64,000 nucleotides of DNA, from positions 9,765 to 73,764 of the forward strand of contig JAFQGK010000065.1 of NCBI GenBank assembly GCA_017398335.1. The letters run 5' to 3'. The notes under the pieces were generated by a model. It saw only the letters and a program-made list of their open reading frames with translations. It had not been told where the DNA came from and did not search any database. Source of the stretch: Bacteroidales bacterium. Its GTDB lineage: Bacteria > Bacteroidota > Bacteroidia > Bacteroidales > UBA932. Shown piece by piece: positions 38,432 through 48,267 of this stretch (the first letter of the stretch is position 1; each line of letters starts with the position of its first letter). Both the position numbers and the translations under genes were made by a program.

Positions 38432-39529
38432 ATGCCGGTACTCGAGAAAATAGTCATAGCGGATTTCAGGAATATCCGGCTCCAGGAGATAGATTTTTCG
38501 CCAAATATCAACTGCATAAGCGGAAACAATGGTGAAGGCAAGACAAATCTTCTGGATGCAATTCACTATTTGTCAATGACAAAGAGTGCCTTCGCATCCT
38601 CAGATCGCTTCAATTTCAGACACGGAACTGAGGAATTCTCCATTTCAGGAACATACAGGATGTCCAACGGACTTTCCAGCAGATTCGCTCTGAAGATGTC
38701 TTCCAGGGGTGAGAAGAAGGTCAAGCGCGATGAAAAGCCTTATCAGAAGGTCTCCGAGCATGTCGGAGTGCTTCCGGTGGTGATGGTTTCCCCGTCTGAT
38801 GTGTCAATGGTAAGCGAGTCTGGAGATGAGCGCAGACGCTTTGTGAATGCGGTTCTTTCTCAGATGGACAGGGAATATATGTCTGCCATGCAGCAGTACA
38901 ACAGGCTTCTGATGCAGAGGAACAGGATGCTGAAGGAGATGGATGTGGACAGGACGTTGCTGGAGGTGATCGATATGAGGATGGCTTCTCTAGCCGAGCC
39001 GGTCTACAAGGCACGAAAGAAGTTAGTTGAAGATCTGAAACCGATTGTTTCGGAGTACTATAAGGCTCTGTCAGGAGACTCGGAGCAGGTCGATATCGAA
39101 TATGAATCGGAATTGTCGAAGGCTTCGCTGGATCAGCTGCTTGCCGCTTCGTATGATAGGGACCGCATCATGAAGCATACCACGTCCGGCATCCATAGAG
39201 ATGATTTCTCTTTCCGGATGAACGGTCATCCGATAAGAAGATACGGCTCCCAGGGCCAGCAGAAGTCGTTTCTGGTTTCCCTTAAATTCGCTCAATACGA
39301 AATCATGAAGAAGAACTACGGATTTGCACCTATACTTCTGCTTGACGATGTCTTTGACAAGCTTGATATGGGCAGGATCTCCAATCTTCTCCAGATGGTC
39401 GCCAGCAATGATTTCGGTCAGATATTCATTACAGACAGCAATAAAGTGAGGATGTCCGGAATTGTTGACGGACTGACTCAGGACAGGGCATATTTCGAGA
39501 CTGTCGGGGGTACGTTCACGAAGATATGA
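38432..39529 (+). CDS. recF: DNA replication/repair protein RecF
   Basis: Walker A GNNGEGKTN; motifs GSQGQQKS and LLLDDVFDKLD. Confidence 0.95.
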   Translation: MPVLEKIVIADFRNIRLQEIDFSPNINCISGNNGEGKTNLLDAIHYLSMTKSAFASSDRFNFRHGTEEFSISGTYRMSNGLSSRFALKMSSRGEKKVKRDEKPYQKVSEHVGVLPVVMVSPSDVSMVSESGDERRRFVNAVLSQMDREYMSAMQQYNRLLMQRNRMLKEMDVDRTLLEVIDMRMASLAEPVYKARKKLVEDLKPIVSEYYKALSGDSEQVDIEYESELSKASLDQLLAASYDRDRIMKHTTSGIHRDDFSFRMNGHPIRRYGSQGQQKSFLVSLKFAQYEIMKKNYGFAPILLLDDVFDKLDMGRISNLLQMVASNDFGQIFITDSNKVRMSGIVDGLTQDRAYFETVGGTFTKI

Positions 39530-39530
39530 T

Positions 39531-39875
39531 ATGGCATTTGACGGAAGACATAATAAGTTGAGAAGGAAGGAAGCCGTCGGGATGCAGGATCTTATGATCC
39601 AGTATCTGCGCGACATGAAACTGACCTCGGGAATGAACAGACAGAGGGTTGCAGAGGCCTGGAATACGGTTTCTGGAGCTTCAAGATATACATTGTCCGT
39701 GTCATTCGAACGAGGAGTGATGACATGTGTGATAAGTTCTTCTCTTGTCCGTAACCAATTGTATTTCCAAAGGGATGTCCTTGTCCAGAAGATGAACGAG
39801 TTTCTGAAGTCGGACAATCTGTATGATTCGGGAGGAAAGGATGGCCCTGCCGTCAGAACGCTTATTTTGAAATGA
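39531..39875 (+). CDS. DUF721 (DciA-like) protein
   Basis: Size, W...G motif and SS..RNQL; sits directly after recF. Confidence 0.7.
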   Translation: MAFDGRHNKLRRKEAVGMQDLMIQYLRDMKLTSGMNRQRVAEAWNTVSGASRYTLSVSFERGVMTCVISSSLVRNQLYFQRDVLVQKMNEFLKSDNLYDSGGKDGPAVRTLILK

Positions 39876-39882
39876 TATACCT

Positions 39883-40917
39883 ATGAAAATAGTCGCAGAC
39901 AGTAAAGTCCCTTTTCTCAAGGGTGTTTTTGAACCATATGCAGAAGTGGTTTATATAGATGGAAAGAAGATTTCTCACGAAGATATTCTGGATGCAGATG
40001 CAATGATCATCAGGACCCGCACCCGTTGTGACAAGGCGTTGCTGAATGGTACGAAGGTAAGGATGATAGCTACGGCGACAATCGGTACAGATCATATAGA
40101 CCTCAAATATTGTGCAGATAATGGAATAGAAGTACATAATGCGGAAGGTTGTAATGCCGGAGGTGTGATGCAGTATGTGTTCTCTGCCTTGTATGGCGTG
40201 GCGGCGCGTAAGTCCATCAAACTGGATGACTTTACCTTCGGTATCGTCGGTGTCGGACATGTCGGTTCTCTAGTGGAGAAGATGGCCAGATATCTTGGAT
40301 TCAAGGTCCTGCTCTGTGATCCTCCGAGGGCAGCTGCTGAAGGCTCTGATGCGTTCTGCTCCTTGGATTATCTGCTGGCCAACTCGCAGATAGTGACTAT
40401 GCATGTCCCGCTTGATGAGACAACCAGAAATATGGCCGATAAGGATTTCTTCGATCTGATGCCCATAGGCTCGATATTCATCAATGCTTCCCGCGGTGAG
40501 ATCGTGGATGAAGATGCACTGATGCAGTCTTTGCAGAAATTCGGAGCTGTCATCATTGACACATGGAAGAACGAGCCTGACATTAATGAGCGGCTTATGG
40601 ATATGGTGGATATTGCGACACCGCATATCGCCGGTTATTCGTATCAGGGAAAACAGAATGGTACTGCTGCATCGGTTCAGGCCGTGGCAAGACATTTCGG
40701 AATAAGTCAGCTGTATGATTTCTATCCGGAATATGACAAATCTGGCCACGAACCCGTACTCCTTGACCTCAAGGGCAAGAAACAAGGCGAGGTGGCAGCT
40801 GTATTTCAATATAATTATCCTATATTTACAGACGATTTCCGCTTCCGTATGGAACCGGATAATTTCGAGCGCATGCGTTCGGACTACCAATATCGCAGGG
40901 AGATATATGTAGAATAA
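39883..40917 (+). CDS. pdxB: 4-phosphoerythronate dehydrogenase
   Basis: Motifs TATIGTDHID, GCNAGGV, GVGHVG, TPHIAGYS. Confidence 0.88.
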   Translation: MKIVADSKVPFLKGVFEPYAEVVYIDGKKISHEDILDADAMIIRTRTRCDKALLNGTKVRMIATATIGTDHIDLKYCADNGIEVHNAEGCNAGGVMQYVFSALYGVAARKSIKLDDFTFGIVGVGHVGSLVEKMARYLGFKVLLCDPPRAAAEGSDAFCSLDYLLANSQIVTMHVPLDETTRNMADKDFFDLMPIGSIFINASRGEIVDEDALMQSLQKFGAVIIDTWKNEPDINERLMDMVDIATPHIAGYSYQGKQNGTAASVQAVARHFGISQLYDFYPEYDKSGHEPVLLDLKGKKQGEVAAVFQYNYPIFTDDFRFRMEPDNFERMRSDYQYRREIYVE

Positions 40918-40947
40918 TCAATTAACCACATAAAAACAGATAACACT

Positions 40948-42444
40948 ATGTTTACTAAAGAAGATGTTGCTCAGATTGAGCAGAGAGGCTCGAATGTAAC
41001 GACTGTTGAGGACCAGGTGGAACGCTTCAAGAAAGGCTTTCCTTGGATGAAGATAGTTGCTCCGGCAACCCCTCAGAGAGGAATCAAGGTTCTTGATGAT
41101 GCAGAGGTAGATGCAGCGGTCAGATATTATGAAGGTGCATCCATTAACGGCAAGTGTAAGTTCGTACCTGCTTCCGGAGCAGCTTCGCGTATGTTCAAGG
41201 ATCTTTTCAGCGGACTTGATGCATTGAAGGCCGGTAAGGAGGTTGCAGATGACGCCCCTGCTGCTAAATTCGTCAATCAGATCCAGTCTTTTGCATTCTA
41301 TACTCCTGAAGTTTTCGGCGATAAGGTGTATCCATGCAATGACTACAGGAAGTCTGTGCTTTCAAAGACTCTTACAGAAGAAGGTCTGGGTTATGGAGCA
41401 AAGCCTAAGGGTGTCCTCAAGTTCCATAAGTATACTGACGGCGAGATCCGCACTGCATTCGCCGAGCATCTTGTGGAGGCTCAGAACTATATGAGGAATG
41501 AGGATGGTACGGCTAATCTTGTCGTGACTATATCTCCTGAGCATCAGCAGCTGTTCGAGGAGGCTTATGCAGAGGTAAAGGCAGCCTACGAGGCCAGATA
41601 TGGAGTAAAATATAATATTGTATTCACTTTCCAGGACAAGGCTACAGATACAATAGCTGTGGATGTTGAAAACAAACCTTTCAGGACAGAAACGGATTCG
41701 CTTCTTTTCCGTCCGGCCGGTCATGGAGCCCTTATCTATAATCTCAACAAATTAGAGGAAGAGGTGGTTTCTATCAAGAATATCGACAATGTGGCTAACG
41801 AACGTCTGCTTCCTGAGACAGCGACTTGGAAGAAAGTCCTGCTTGGAAAGGCATTGGAGCTTCGTGACAGGATATATTCTTATCTCAATAGGCTAGATGC
41901 AGAGGTTACGGAAGAACTTTGCGCTGAGATAGAGGCTTTCCTCGCTGGTGAACTTTGCGTGGAGATGCCGGAGCAGAAAGATCTGACAGCCAAAGCTGCA
42001 GCCCTTCGTGCCAAGCTGAACCGTCCGATCCGCGTTGCCGGAATGGTAAAGAACCAGGGAGAGCCGGGCGGTGGTCCTTTCATCATTGCAGAACCTGACG
42101 GATCGACATCTCTTCAGGTACTCGAGAGTGTACAGATCAACATGTCTGATGAGAAGTCACGTGACGCCCTTGCTTCTGCGACTCACTTCAATCCGGTAGA
42201 TATCGTATGCTGTCTTCATGACTATAAGGGACAGAGCTTCGATCTCCTCCAATATGTCGACGAGGATGCCGGCTTCATTTCTTCGAAGAGCTATCAGGGA
42301 CGTGAACTCAAGGCTCTTGAGCTTCCTGGTCTTTGGAATGGTGCGATGAGCAAGTGGAATACACTCTTTGTTGAGGTCCCTCTCGAGACTTTCAACCCGG
42401 TGAAGGTCGTTCTTGATCTTCTGCGTCCTGCGCATCAGAACTGA
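40948..42444 (+). CDS. DUF4301-family protein
   Basis: Motifs KFVPASGAASRMFK, FRPAGHGAL, GEPGGGPF, LELPGLWNGAM. Confidence 0.88.
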   Translation: MFTKEDVAQIEQRGSNVTTVEDQVERFKKGFPWMKIVAPATPQRGIKVLDDAEVDAAVRYYEGASINGKCKFVPASGAASRMFKDLFSGLDALKAGKEVADDAPAAKFVNQIQSFAFYTPEVFGDKVYPCNDYRKSVLSKTLTEEGLGYGAKPKGVLKFHKYTDGEIRTAFAEHLVEAQNYMRNEDGTANLVVTISPEHQQLFEEAYAEVKAAYEARYGVKYNIVFTFQDKATDTIAVDVENKPFRTETDSLLFRPAGHGALIYNLNKLEEEVVSIKNIDNVANERLLPETATWKKVLLGKALELRDRIYSYLNRLDAEVTEELCAEIEAFLAGELCVEMPEQKDLTAKAAALRAKLNRPIRVAGMVKNQGEPGGGPFIIAEPDGSTSLQVLESVQINMSDEKSRDALASATHFNPVDIVCCLHDYKGQSFDLLQYVDEDAGFISSKSYQGRELKALELPGLWNGAMSKWNTLFVEVPLETFNPVKVVLDLLRPAHQN

Positions 42445-42450
42445 TTTTTC

Positions 42451-42488
42451 CGTGGAGCGTAAAGCATGTCAATGCTTTACGCTCCACG
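42451..42488. repeat. Perfect 17-bp-stem palindrome between convergent genes (REP-like or terminator)
   Basis: CGTGGAGCGTAAAGCAT-gtca-ATGCTTTACGCTCCACG. Confidence 0.7.
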
Positions 42489-42490
42489 TT

Positions 42491-43795
42491 TCAATAACGC
42501 TCTGTAGCGATAAGCAGGTTGCCGGCAGTGTCTGACTTAAGGCCGAAGATGTGGTAGCTGCCGCTGGAGGCCGTGCCGAGTTTCTTGCGTAACGTGTCTG
42601 TGTCCATCGGAAGATTCCTGGCAGTTACGTCTGCCTTCGGGTATTCGCCTGAGATGGAACGTATGCCGCGTCTGTCCAGAGGCACTGTCCTGAGGATTCT
42701 GAATATTTTGCCTAAGGACTTCAGATCTGCAAATGATTCGATAGCAGAGATGTCCGATTTCTGCGACGGTATATAATAATGCGTGGATTTCCCTAATTTC
42801 TTAAGCCCGTATCTTGAACATATGGTGTTATAGCCACCGGACTTCATCAGCGTCTTGCCAGGCTCGAAAAGTATCTCAGCTGCATATATCTCATCCGTTG
42901 CGGCAACTTCTACAGCTGCCTGCCTTTCTTCAGATGGCTTGAATGTCAGGCTTGAAGATGCAGATTCTGCTCCGGCTGACGGTTCAACTGCAGTAATGCT
43001 GTATTCGCCATTCCATTCCCTGTCCATCCACACCAGAAGCTCCTTGCATTCTCCGGAGGATCCTACTATATGGACTTCACGACAATGTTCTCCAAGCCTG
43101 TCGCACACCATGGTTATGTCAGCCATAGGGGAGAGCTTGATCAGCAGGTGCCGTGAAAATGCGAATATTTCATCCTTTAAGGTAAGCACATCAGGTGTGC
43201 AGTCTTCCAGTAGGAATACCTTACGGCCTCCTTCACCCCTTCTGGCAGGATCGATAAATACTATGTCCGGATGGAAATCAGATAGCAGAGATGTGATTGT
43301 AACAGTTTCTGTATCAGCTGCATCTGAATTTACAGCAGACGTTGCAGGGGAGTTCTCCGGAACGACAGAACAATTCCTGACGATGACGTTGTCCGCCCCA
43401 AGTACATCAAAATTATGGGAGGCAGCATTGCAAAGGACTTCAAGTCTTTCGCAGTACAGCACCTGTGCCGCTATTTTTGAAAAATACCAGGAATCTACTC
43501 CGAAGCCTCCTGTGAGATCTGCAATATTGGATCTATATGATGCAATTCTTAAAGCCAGTTCTGATTTATATCTTCCCGTAAGACTGCTGCTGCATTGTTC
43601 TGCTGACAGCTTCAGCGGAAATATAAGCTTGGGCTCATCATACCATTCAGGAACTTTCCCCTTCAGCTTTCTACGGCTTTCGATGCAGTTGACGGCTAAT
43701 TCCATATCTATTTCCGGCCATTTCTTTCTGTCAAGAATAAGCCGGGATACGTCATCGGTCAGGTGGTCCTGTACAAATCCGATCAGCTTGTCCAT
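42491..43795 (-). CDS. Class I SAM-dependent methyltransferase with THUMP-like C-terminus (PG_1098-like)
   Basis: Motifs EQCSS, DLTGGFGVD, FIDPARR, IKLSPMAD. Confidence 0.8.
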   Translation of the reverse strand: MDKLIGFVQDHLTDDVSRLILDRKKWPEIDMELAVNCIESRRKLKGKVPEWYDEPKLIFPLKLSAEQCSSSLTGRYKSELALRIASYRSNIADLTGGFGVDSWYFSKIAAQVLYCERLEVLCNAASHNFDVLGADNVIVRNCSVVPENSPATSAVNSDAADTETVTITSLLSDFHPDIVFIDPARRGEGGRKVFLLEDCTPDVLTLKDEIFAFSRHLLIKLSPMADITMVCDRLGEHCREVHIVGSSGECKELLVWMDREWNGEYSITAVEPSAGAESASSSLTFKPSEERQAAVEVAATDEIYAAEILFEPGKTLMKSGGYNTICSRYGLKKLGKSTHYYIPSQKSDISAIESFADLKSLGKIFRILRTVPLDRRGIRSISGEYPKADVTARNLPMDTDTLRKKLGTASSGSYHIFGLKSDTAGNLLIATERY

Positions 43796-45242
43796 TGTGC
43801 CATTTCTGTCTGAAGAATAGGTCGACGCTAGGGTGAACTTCCTTTTCAACTACCTCTGTTACAGGAACTTCCTTCATAATAGGATCATCGTTCTCATCGT
43901 AAAGAGGAGTTCCGAAATCATCAGTAACCTGTACCAGCTCTGTGATTACATTGCCGTTTTCGTCAGTCTTGTTCTGAGTAATGAAGGTAGTCGTTGTGTA
44001 CGACAGTTCAAGGTTGATTGTATATGAACCGTTATCATCCTTGCTGATGTTCAGAATGCTGCCTTCAGATGCTCTCGTCCTTGTCGGATTTGTTTCGTCA
44101 TATGAGTATACCTGAAAGGTGTGATATGAGAAGGACCAGTCTAATGCAGTATTGCTTAATTCTACATCACCCTCATTGATGAATGCTCTTGACAACTTAA
44201 GTACAGGTATGTTATTATTGTCAATCAGGACGCCATCTTTGCCTTCACCCGGATTAAAGCGAATCATGAGTTCTCCGCCTCCCTCTGAAATGCTGATGTC
44301 ATCTATATTGAATGAACCGTCATATCCATATTTGGTTTCGCCTTCATTTGTAAGACTGCCTGAACTGTATATGCATCTGTTGAATTTATTGCCTGACTTT
44401 TTGACAAAAGACCCGTTGTATTCGGCACGAAGCGTCTTGCCCCTTTTGTCTGTCAGCCTTAAAGCTACTGTCAGTGTCTCGCCTTCGATTGTAGCCTTGA
44501 TGGAACCGTAACCACCCTTGAGGGTGAATATCTCACCTTTGTCGTAAAGCACTGCTGTCCCATTAGGAATATTGCTTGTGCTGATATTGACAGTCTTGCC
44601 TAGACTTGAAGGGGCGATGGTAAAATCTATCGCCTCGTCTTTCTGGCTGTAAAGAATGAACCGGCTTGGCGCACCGTCTTCCATTTCAATGTATGTGGCT
44701 GAAGTCAGATCCTTGACTATCCTTTCATATGCCCATTGATTGGAAATCGTAGCCTCAGTGTACTCGGAATAAGGTCCGTTGTAACTTCCGGAAATGGCAT
44801 TGACCGGAGCCGACTTCAGATTCTGAGATGAAAATTCAAAACTGATGTTCCTGGAGGCTTCGTCTATCGAACATGTTATCGTGCAGTATCCGCTGTTTTC
44901 CTTATCATCGTATCTTATGAAGTTTCCGGTCTGTTCGAATGTTTCCTTCTGTCCTCCTAATTTGGCGTTAGGTACAGTGATGACGAGCTCGCCTACAGAC
45001 TTTTCTATCTCGTCTAAAGTTGTATATCCGGATGTTTCAGAAATCCATATCTGCGTGTCATTTCCAAGCTTATGTAATACTACTGATCTGATATCATATG
45101 TGTCACCATTGTATTGGAATGTACCGGGAACCTTTTCTGGTTCAAGTCCTGATTCAGTCTGGACTTCTTTACATGAGTTGAGTGCAAGCAGTGATGTCGC
45201 CAGAACGGTGGCAGCATGTATTCTGTGAAAAATATTCATCAT
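43752..45242 (-). CDS. Hypothetical lipoprotein with repeated beta-rich domains
   Basis: Lipobox LNSC; domains ending SYNG/EYNG. Confidence 0.7.
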   Translation of the reverse strand: MMNIFHRIHAATVLATSLLALNSCKEVQTESGLEPEKVPGTFQYNGDTYDIRSVVLHKLGNDTQIWISETSGYTTLDEIEKSVGELVITVPNAKLGGQKETFEQTGNFIRYDDKENSGYCTITCSIDEASRNISFEFSSQNLKSAPVNAISGSYNGPYSEYTEATISNQWAYERIVKDLTSATYIEMEDGAPSRFILYSQKDEAIDFTIAPSSLGKTVNISTSNIPNGTAVLYDKGEIFTLKGGYGSIKATIEGETLTVALRLTDKRGKTLRAEYNGSFVKKSGNKFNRCIYSSGSLTNEGETKYGYDGSFNIDDISISEGGGELMIRFNPGEGKDGVLIDNNNIPVLKLSRAFINEGDVELSNTALDWSFSYHTFQVYSYDETNPTRTRASEGSILNISKDDNGSYTINLELSYTTTTFITQNKTDENGNVITELVQVTDDFGTPLYDENDDPIMKEVPVTEVVEKEVHPSVDLFFRQKWHNGQADRICTGPPDR

Positions 45243-45482
45243 AGTCGAGTTTATATTCCGCGAATATAGTAATTTTTATTCTCTAATCATTCTGTCAATA
45301 TAAAAAAATGCTCTGTACTCTTTCATTGGTCCGTAGATTGCTTTGTTTCGGAATATTGATGGGTATGAATGCACCTTCGTCCTCAGGCTGTGGTAGGGCC
45401 AACCAGACGCTGAGGCTCTTCATACATCAATTTTGCGAGTCGCCGGGCCCCTATGCGGGTCTGGCGATAAAATTCAGAATAT

Positions 45483-46010
45483 ATGGAAAGGATATCTGAT
45501 GTAGTATTCAGAACAGCGTTCAGGATACTTTGTGACAGGGTTGACAGTGAGGAAGTCACAAATAAGGTAATGCTCTATGCAGATAGGCACGAGATAATAT
45601 ATGACGGCAGTGAAGGGTCAATGGATTGGTTTCTCAGACAGACCTGTCTCAGAAGCAGGCTCATAATAGCGAGAAGAAGGCTTCTGTGGCTGTTGAATGT
45701 CAGAAACGAACTCTTTGTCAGAGCATCCCCAAAAGCTGAAAATCAGGACGACTATGTTACAAAGCAGGCATGGCAGGTGTATTGCAGGGCTGTGTTCAGG
45801 ATGACCCCGCTTCAAGGAATGGCATATACCCTATGTGTTCTAGAGGAACTTCCGTTAATAAGGGCAGCAGGAATCCTGGAACTTTCCGAGTTCCGGATCG
45901 GGATTGCATTGGAACGAGCTTCTGCCAAGATCCGCAGGGAACTGGCGGTATACGGCAGAAGTGACCTGTACTGTTCGTTCGTGAAATTCATACGTATGGT
46001 CAATGCCTGA
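45483..46010 (+). CDS. Divergent ECF sigma-factor-like protein
   Basis: Region-2-like VFRTAFRILCDRVDSEEV...W and region-4-like MTPLQ..AYTL..LEEL...AAGILELS. Confidence 0.55.
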   Translation: MERISDVVFRTAFRILCDRVDSEEVTNKVMLYADRHEIIYDGSEGSMDWFLRQTCLRSRLIIARRRLLWLLNVRNELFVRASPKAENQDDYVTKQAWQVYCRAVFRMTPLQGMAYTLCVLEELPLIRAAGILELSEFRIGIALERASAKIRRELAVYGRSDLYCSFVKFIRMVNA

Positions 46011-46069
46011 ACTTATTCTTTCGTGTTTTCAGCGTAAGTTTCTATCTTTGCAGTCCAAATCAAGCATTT

Positions 46070-47275
46070 ATGAAGAAACTGTTCCTGCTGTTACCGATAT
46101 TTTTCTCAATCAGTTCATATGCTCAGGTCAATCATACCCTGTCTGTTGATGGAGACCTGCCGTCTGTGGTGGAAAGACTGATGGACAGGAGGGACTCGAT
46201 CAGAAATGACGGATATAAGATCAGGAAGATAAGGTCTCATATCAATCTGGAGTTTGCATCTTCAGCAAATGCGTATTTCTCAGATGGAAGATTTGATGAG
46301 GTATCATTCAAGATGAACCGCGTCAGGCTTGAGATCTATGGCAGACTCAATGAACATCTTTCATATCATTTCCGTCAGTCATTCAATAAGTACAGCAATC
46401 CATATTCCGTGGATAATATGTCCTCATCCATCGAATATGCAAATATAAAATGGCATCAGAGCGAAAGATTCGAGCTTGTCGCCGGAAAGCAGTATCTCGC
46501 TGTCGCAGGCTATGAGGGTTATGTCAATGGCTTGCTGGTCAGAGAGTTCAGTGAATTCAACAATAACTTTGAGATTTATCAGACAGGACTCAAAGGTACC
46601 GTCATGTTTACTCCGACGCAGCATCTGGTGATCCAGGTGGCGAATAACAGAAGTTCGAGGGATGAGCAGATGTATATCCATGGCCTTCCTGCAGGCGTCG
46701 AAAGTTCAAAGTTCCCTCTTATCGGAACCCTCAACTGGAACGGATGGTTTCTCGATGGCGCACTTCATCTGATGTATTCAGCCTCCGCCGGTCAGCTTGC
46801 AAAAGGAAAGAATGTCTGTCATCTCATGTGTGGCAACATTTATAAGAAAGGTCCTGTACTTGCTTATCTTGATGTCCTGTACTCTAAGGCGGCATTGGAC
46901 TACCAGCAGCGTATTACAGTCCTGCAGAACGGTCCTGATCCTGTTACTGCCCAGAATGTGGAGTATCTTACATTGATTGCCAATGTCGACTATAGTTTCC
47001 ATCCGAAGTGGAATACATATCTGAAAGGAGCGTATGAGACTGCCGGGGTTTATAAGGCCAACGGTGCCTTTGCGCAAGGAAAGTATATGTCTGCATGGAA
47101 TGCCCAGGCGTGCCTTGAGTGGTTCCCGTTTACCGGGGACAAGGGTTTCAAGATCTTTGCACATTATGTCTATAAAGGATTCACGCTGACAGAAAATGCG
47201 CTGGCGATAGGGGGACATATGCCTCATACGCAGCGCATCTCTCTCGGAATCCAGTATGTGATACCGGTATTATAG
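46070..47275 (+). CDS. Outer-membrane porin (OprO/OprP-like Bacteroidetes family)
   Basis: Signal peptide, amphipathic beta strands, RVRLEIYG..YHFRQ; TATCTTTG promoter at 46043-46050. Confidence 0.65.
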   Translation: MKKLFLLLPIFFSISSYAQVNHTLSVDGDLPSVVERLMDRRDSIRNDGYKIRKIRSHINLEFASSANAYFSDGRFDEVSFKMNRVRLEIYGRLNEHLSYHFRQSFNKYSNPYSVDNMSSSIEYANIKWHQSERFELVAGKQYLAVAGYEGYVNGLLVREFSEFNNNFEIYQTGLKGTVMFTPTQHLVIQVANNRSSRDEQMYIHGLPAGVESSKFPLIGTLNWNGWFLDGALHLMYSASAGQLAKGKNVCHLMCGNIYKKGPVLAYLDVLYSKAALDYQQRITVLQNGPDPVTAQNVEYLTLIANVDYSFHPKWNTYLKGAYETAGVYKANGAFAQGKYMSAWNAQACLEWFPFTGDKGFKIFAHYVYKGFTLTENALAIGGHMPHTQRISLGIQYVIPVL

Positions 47276-48181
47276 GATATTGAGACTCTGTTCCTTTATC
47301 TTTTCCAGTTCATCCTTCATCTTTACGACGATCTTCTGGATTTCTGTGTGGTTGGCTTTCGAGCCTGTCGTGTTGATCTCTCTTCCCATCTCCTGAGCAA
47401 TGAAGCCCAGCTTCTTTCCCGGACACTCTTCTCCGGCGATTGTGTCAAGGAAGTATCTGCAATGCTGACGGAGGCGGACCTTCTCTTCGTTGATATCAAG
47501 TTTTTCGATATAGAATATCATCTCCTGCTCCAGACGGCTCTGGTCAGGCTCAGCCTTGAGCTCGGCAAAGCGGCTTAAAATTTTTTCCCGGATTGCCTCT
47601 ACACGTTCCTTTTCGAATGCTTCGACCTGGGCTGAATATTCAAGAATATTCGCAACCTTTTCGGTCACATCCTTATAAAGGACCTCGCCCTCCTGTGTAC
47701 GGAAGGCATTGATGTTGGCAAGTGCTTCATCTATGCATGCATCCACTATCGGCCAGTTTTCGTCAGTAATGACCTCCTGCTTCTTGGCATCCATTACTTC
47801 CGGCATTCTGACTATCATCGCGAGAAGGTCGTTCGGATTCTGAGTCCAGAGGTTTTCAGCACCTATGCGGCTGTCATTCTTTGTCTGTATCTTCCTGCCG
47901 AGTTCGAAAATCTGCTGATAATATTCCATAGCCAGCTCCATGTTTATCTTCTTGGCGCTGTCTGCCGCATTGGGTTCATATGTAATGAAGAAATCTATGT
48001 TTCCACGGGTGAGGGCTGCTGCAATCTTCTGTCTTACAGCCATTTCCTTGTCTTTCGGAAGCATTGATGTCTTGAGGCTTATGTCTGCGGTCTTTCCGTT
48101 GAGGGAGCGGACCTCTACTGTAATCTTTCCTGTCTCCAATATGGCCTCGGCTTTGCCGTAGCCTGTCATTGATCTAATCAT
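47270..48181 (-). CDS. yicC: YicC/YloC-family endoribonuclease
   Basis: MIRSMTGYG start; motifs EKLDINEE and GKKLGFIAQEMGREINTTGSKAN. Confidence 0.92.
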   Translation of the reverse strand: MIRSMTGYGKAEAILETGKITVEVRSLNGKTADISLKTSMLPKDKEMAVRQKIAAALTRGNIDFFITYEPNAADSAKKINMELAMEYYQQIFELGRKIQTKNDSRIGAENLWTQNPNDLLAMIVRMPEVMDAKKQEVITDENWPIVDACIDEALANINAFRTQEGEVLYKDVTEKVANILEYSAQVEAFEKERVEAIREKILSRFAELKAEPDQSRLEQEMIFYIEKLDINEEKVRLRQHCRYFLDTIAGEECPGKKLGFIAQEMGREINTTGSKANHTEIQKIVVKMKDELEKIKEQSLNIL

Positions 48182-48207
48182 ATCGCTAAAAATCTGATTT
48201 GAAGACA

Positions 48208-48235
48208 CAAAAATACTGAAAATTCTGTATATTTG
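48208..48235. promoter_or_regulatory. Divergent sigma-A -7 elements (yicC / glnS)
   Basis: TATTTTTG on the minus strand at 48208-48215; TATATTTG on the plus strand at 48228-48235. Confidence 0.65.
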
Positions 48236-48267
48236 CCCGATTATTTGCAAATTCATTAACCAGATAT

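Noticed and set aside
45308-45499. 63-aa ORF upstream of the sigma-like gene
   Set aside because: No protein-like features; better explained as structured non-coding sequence, though not excluded.
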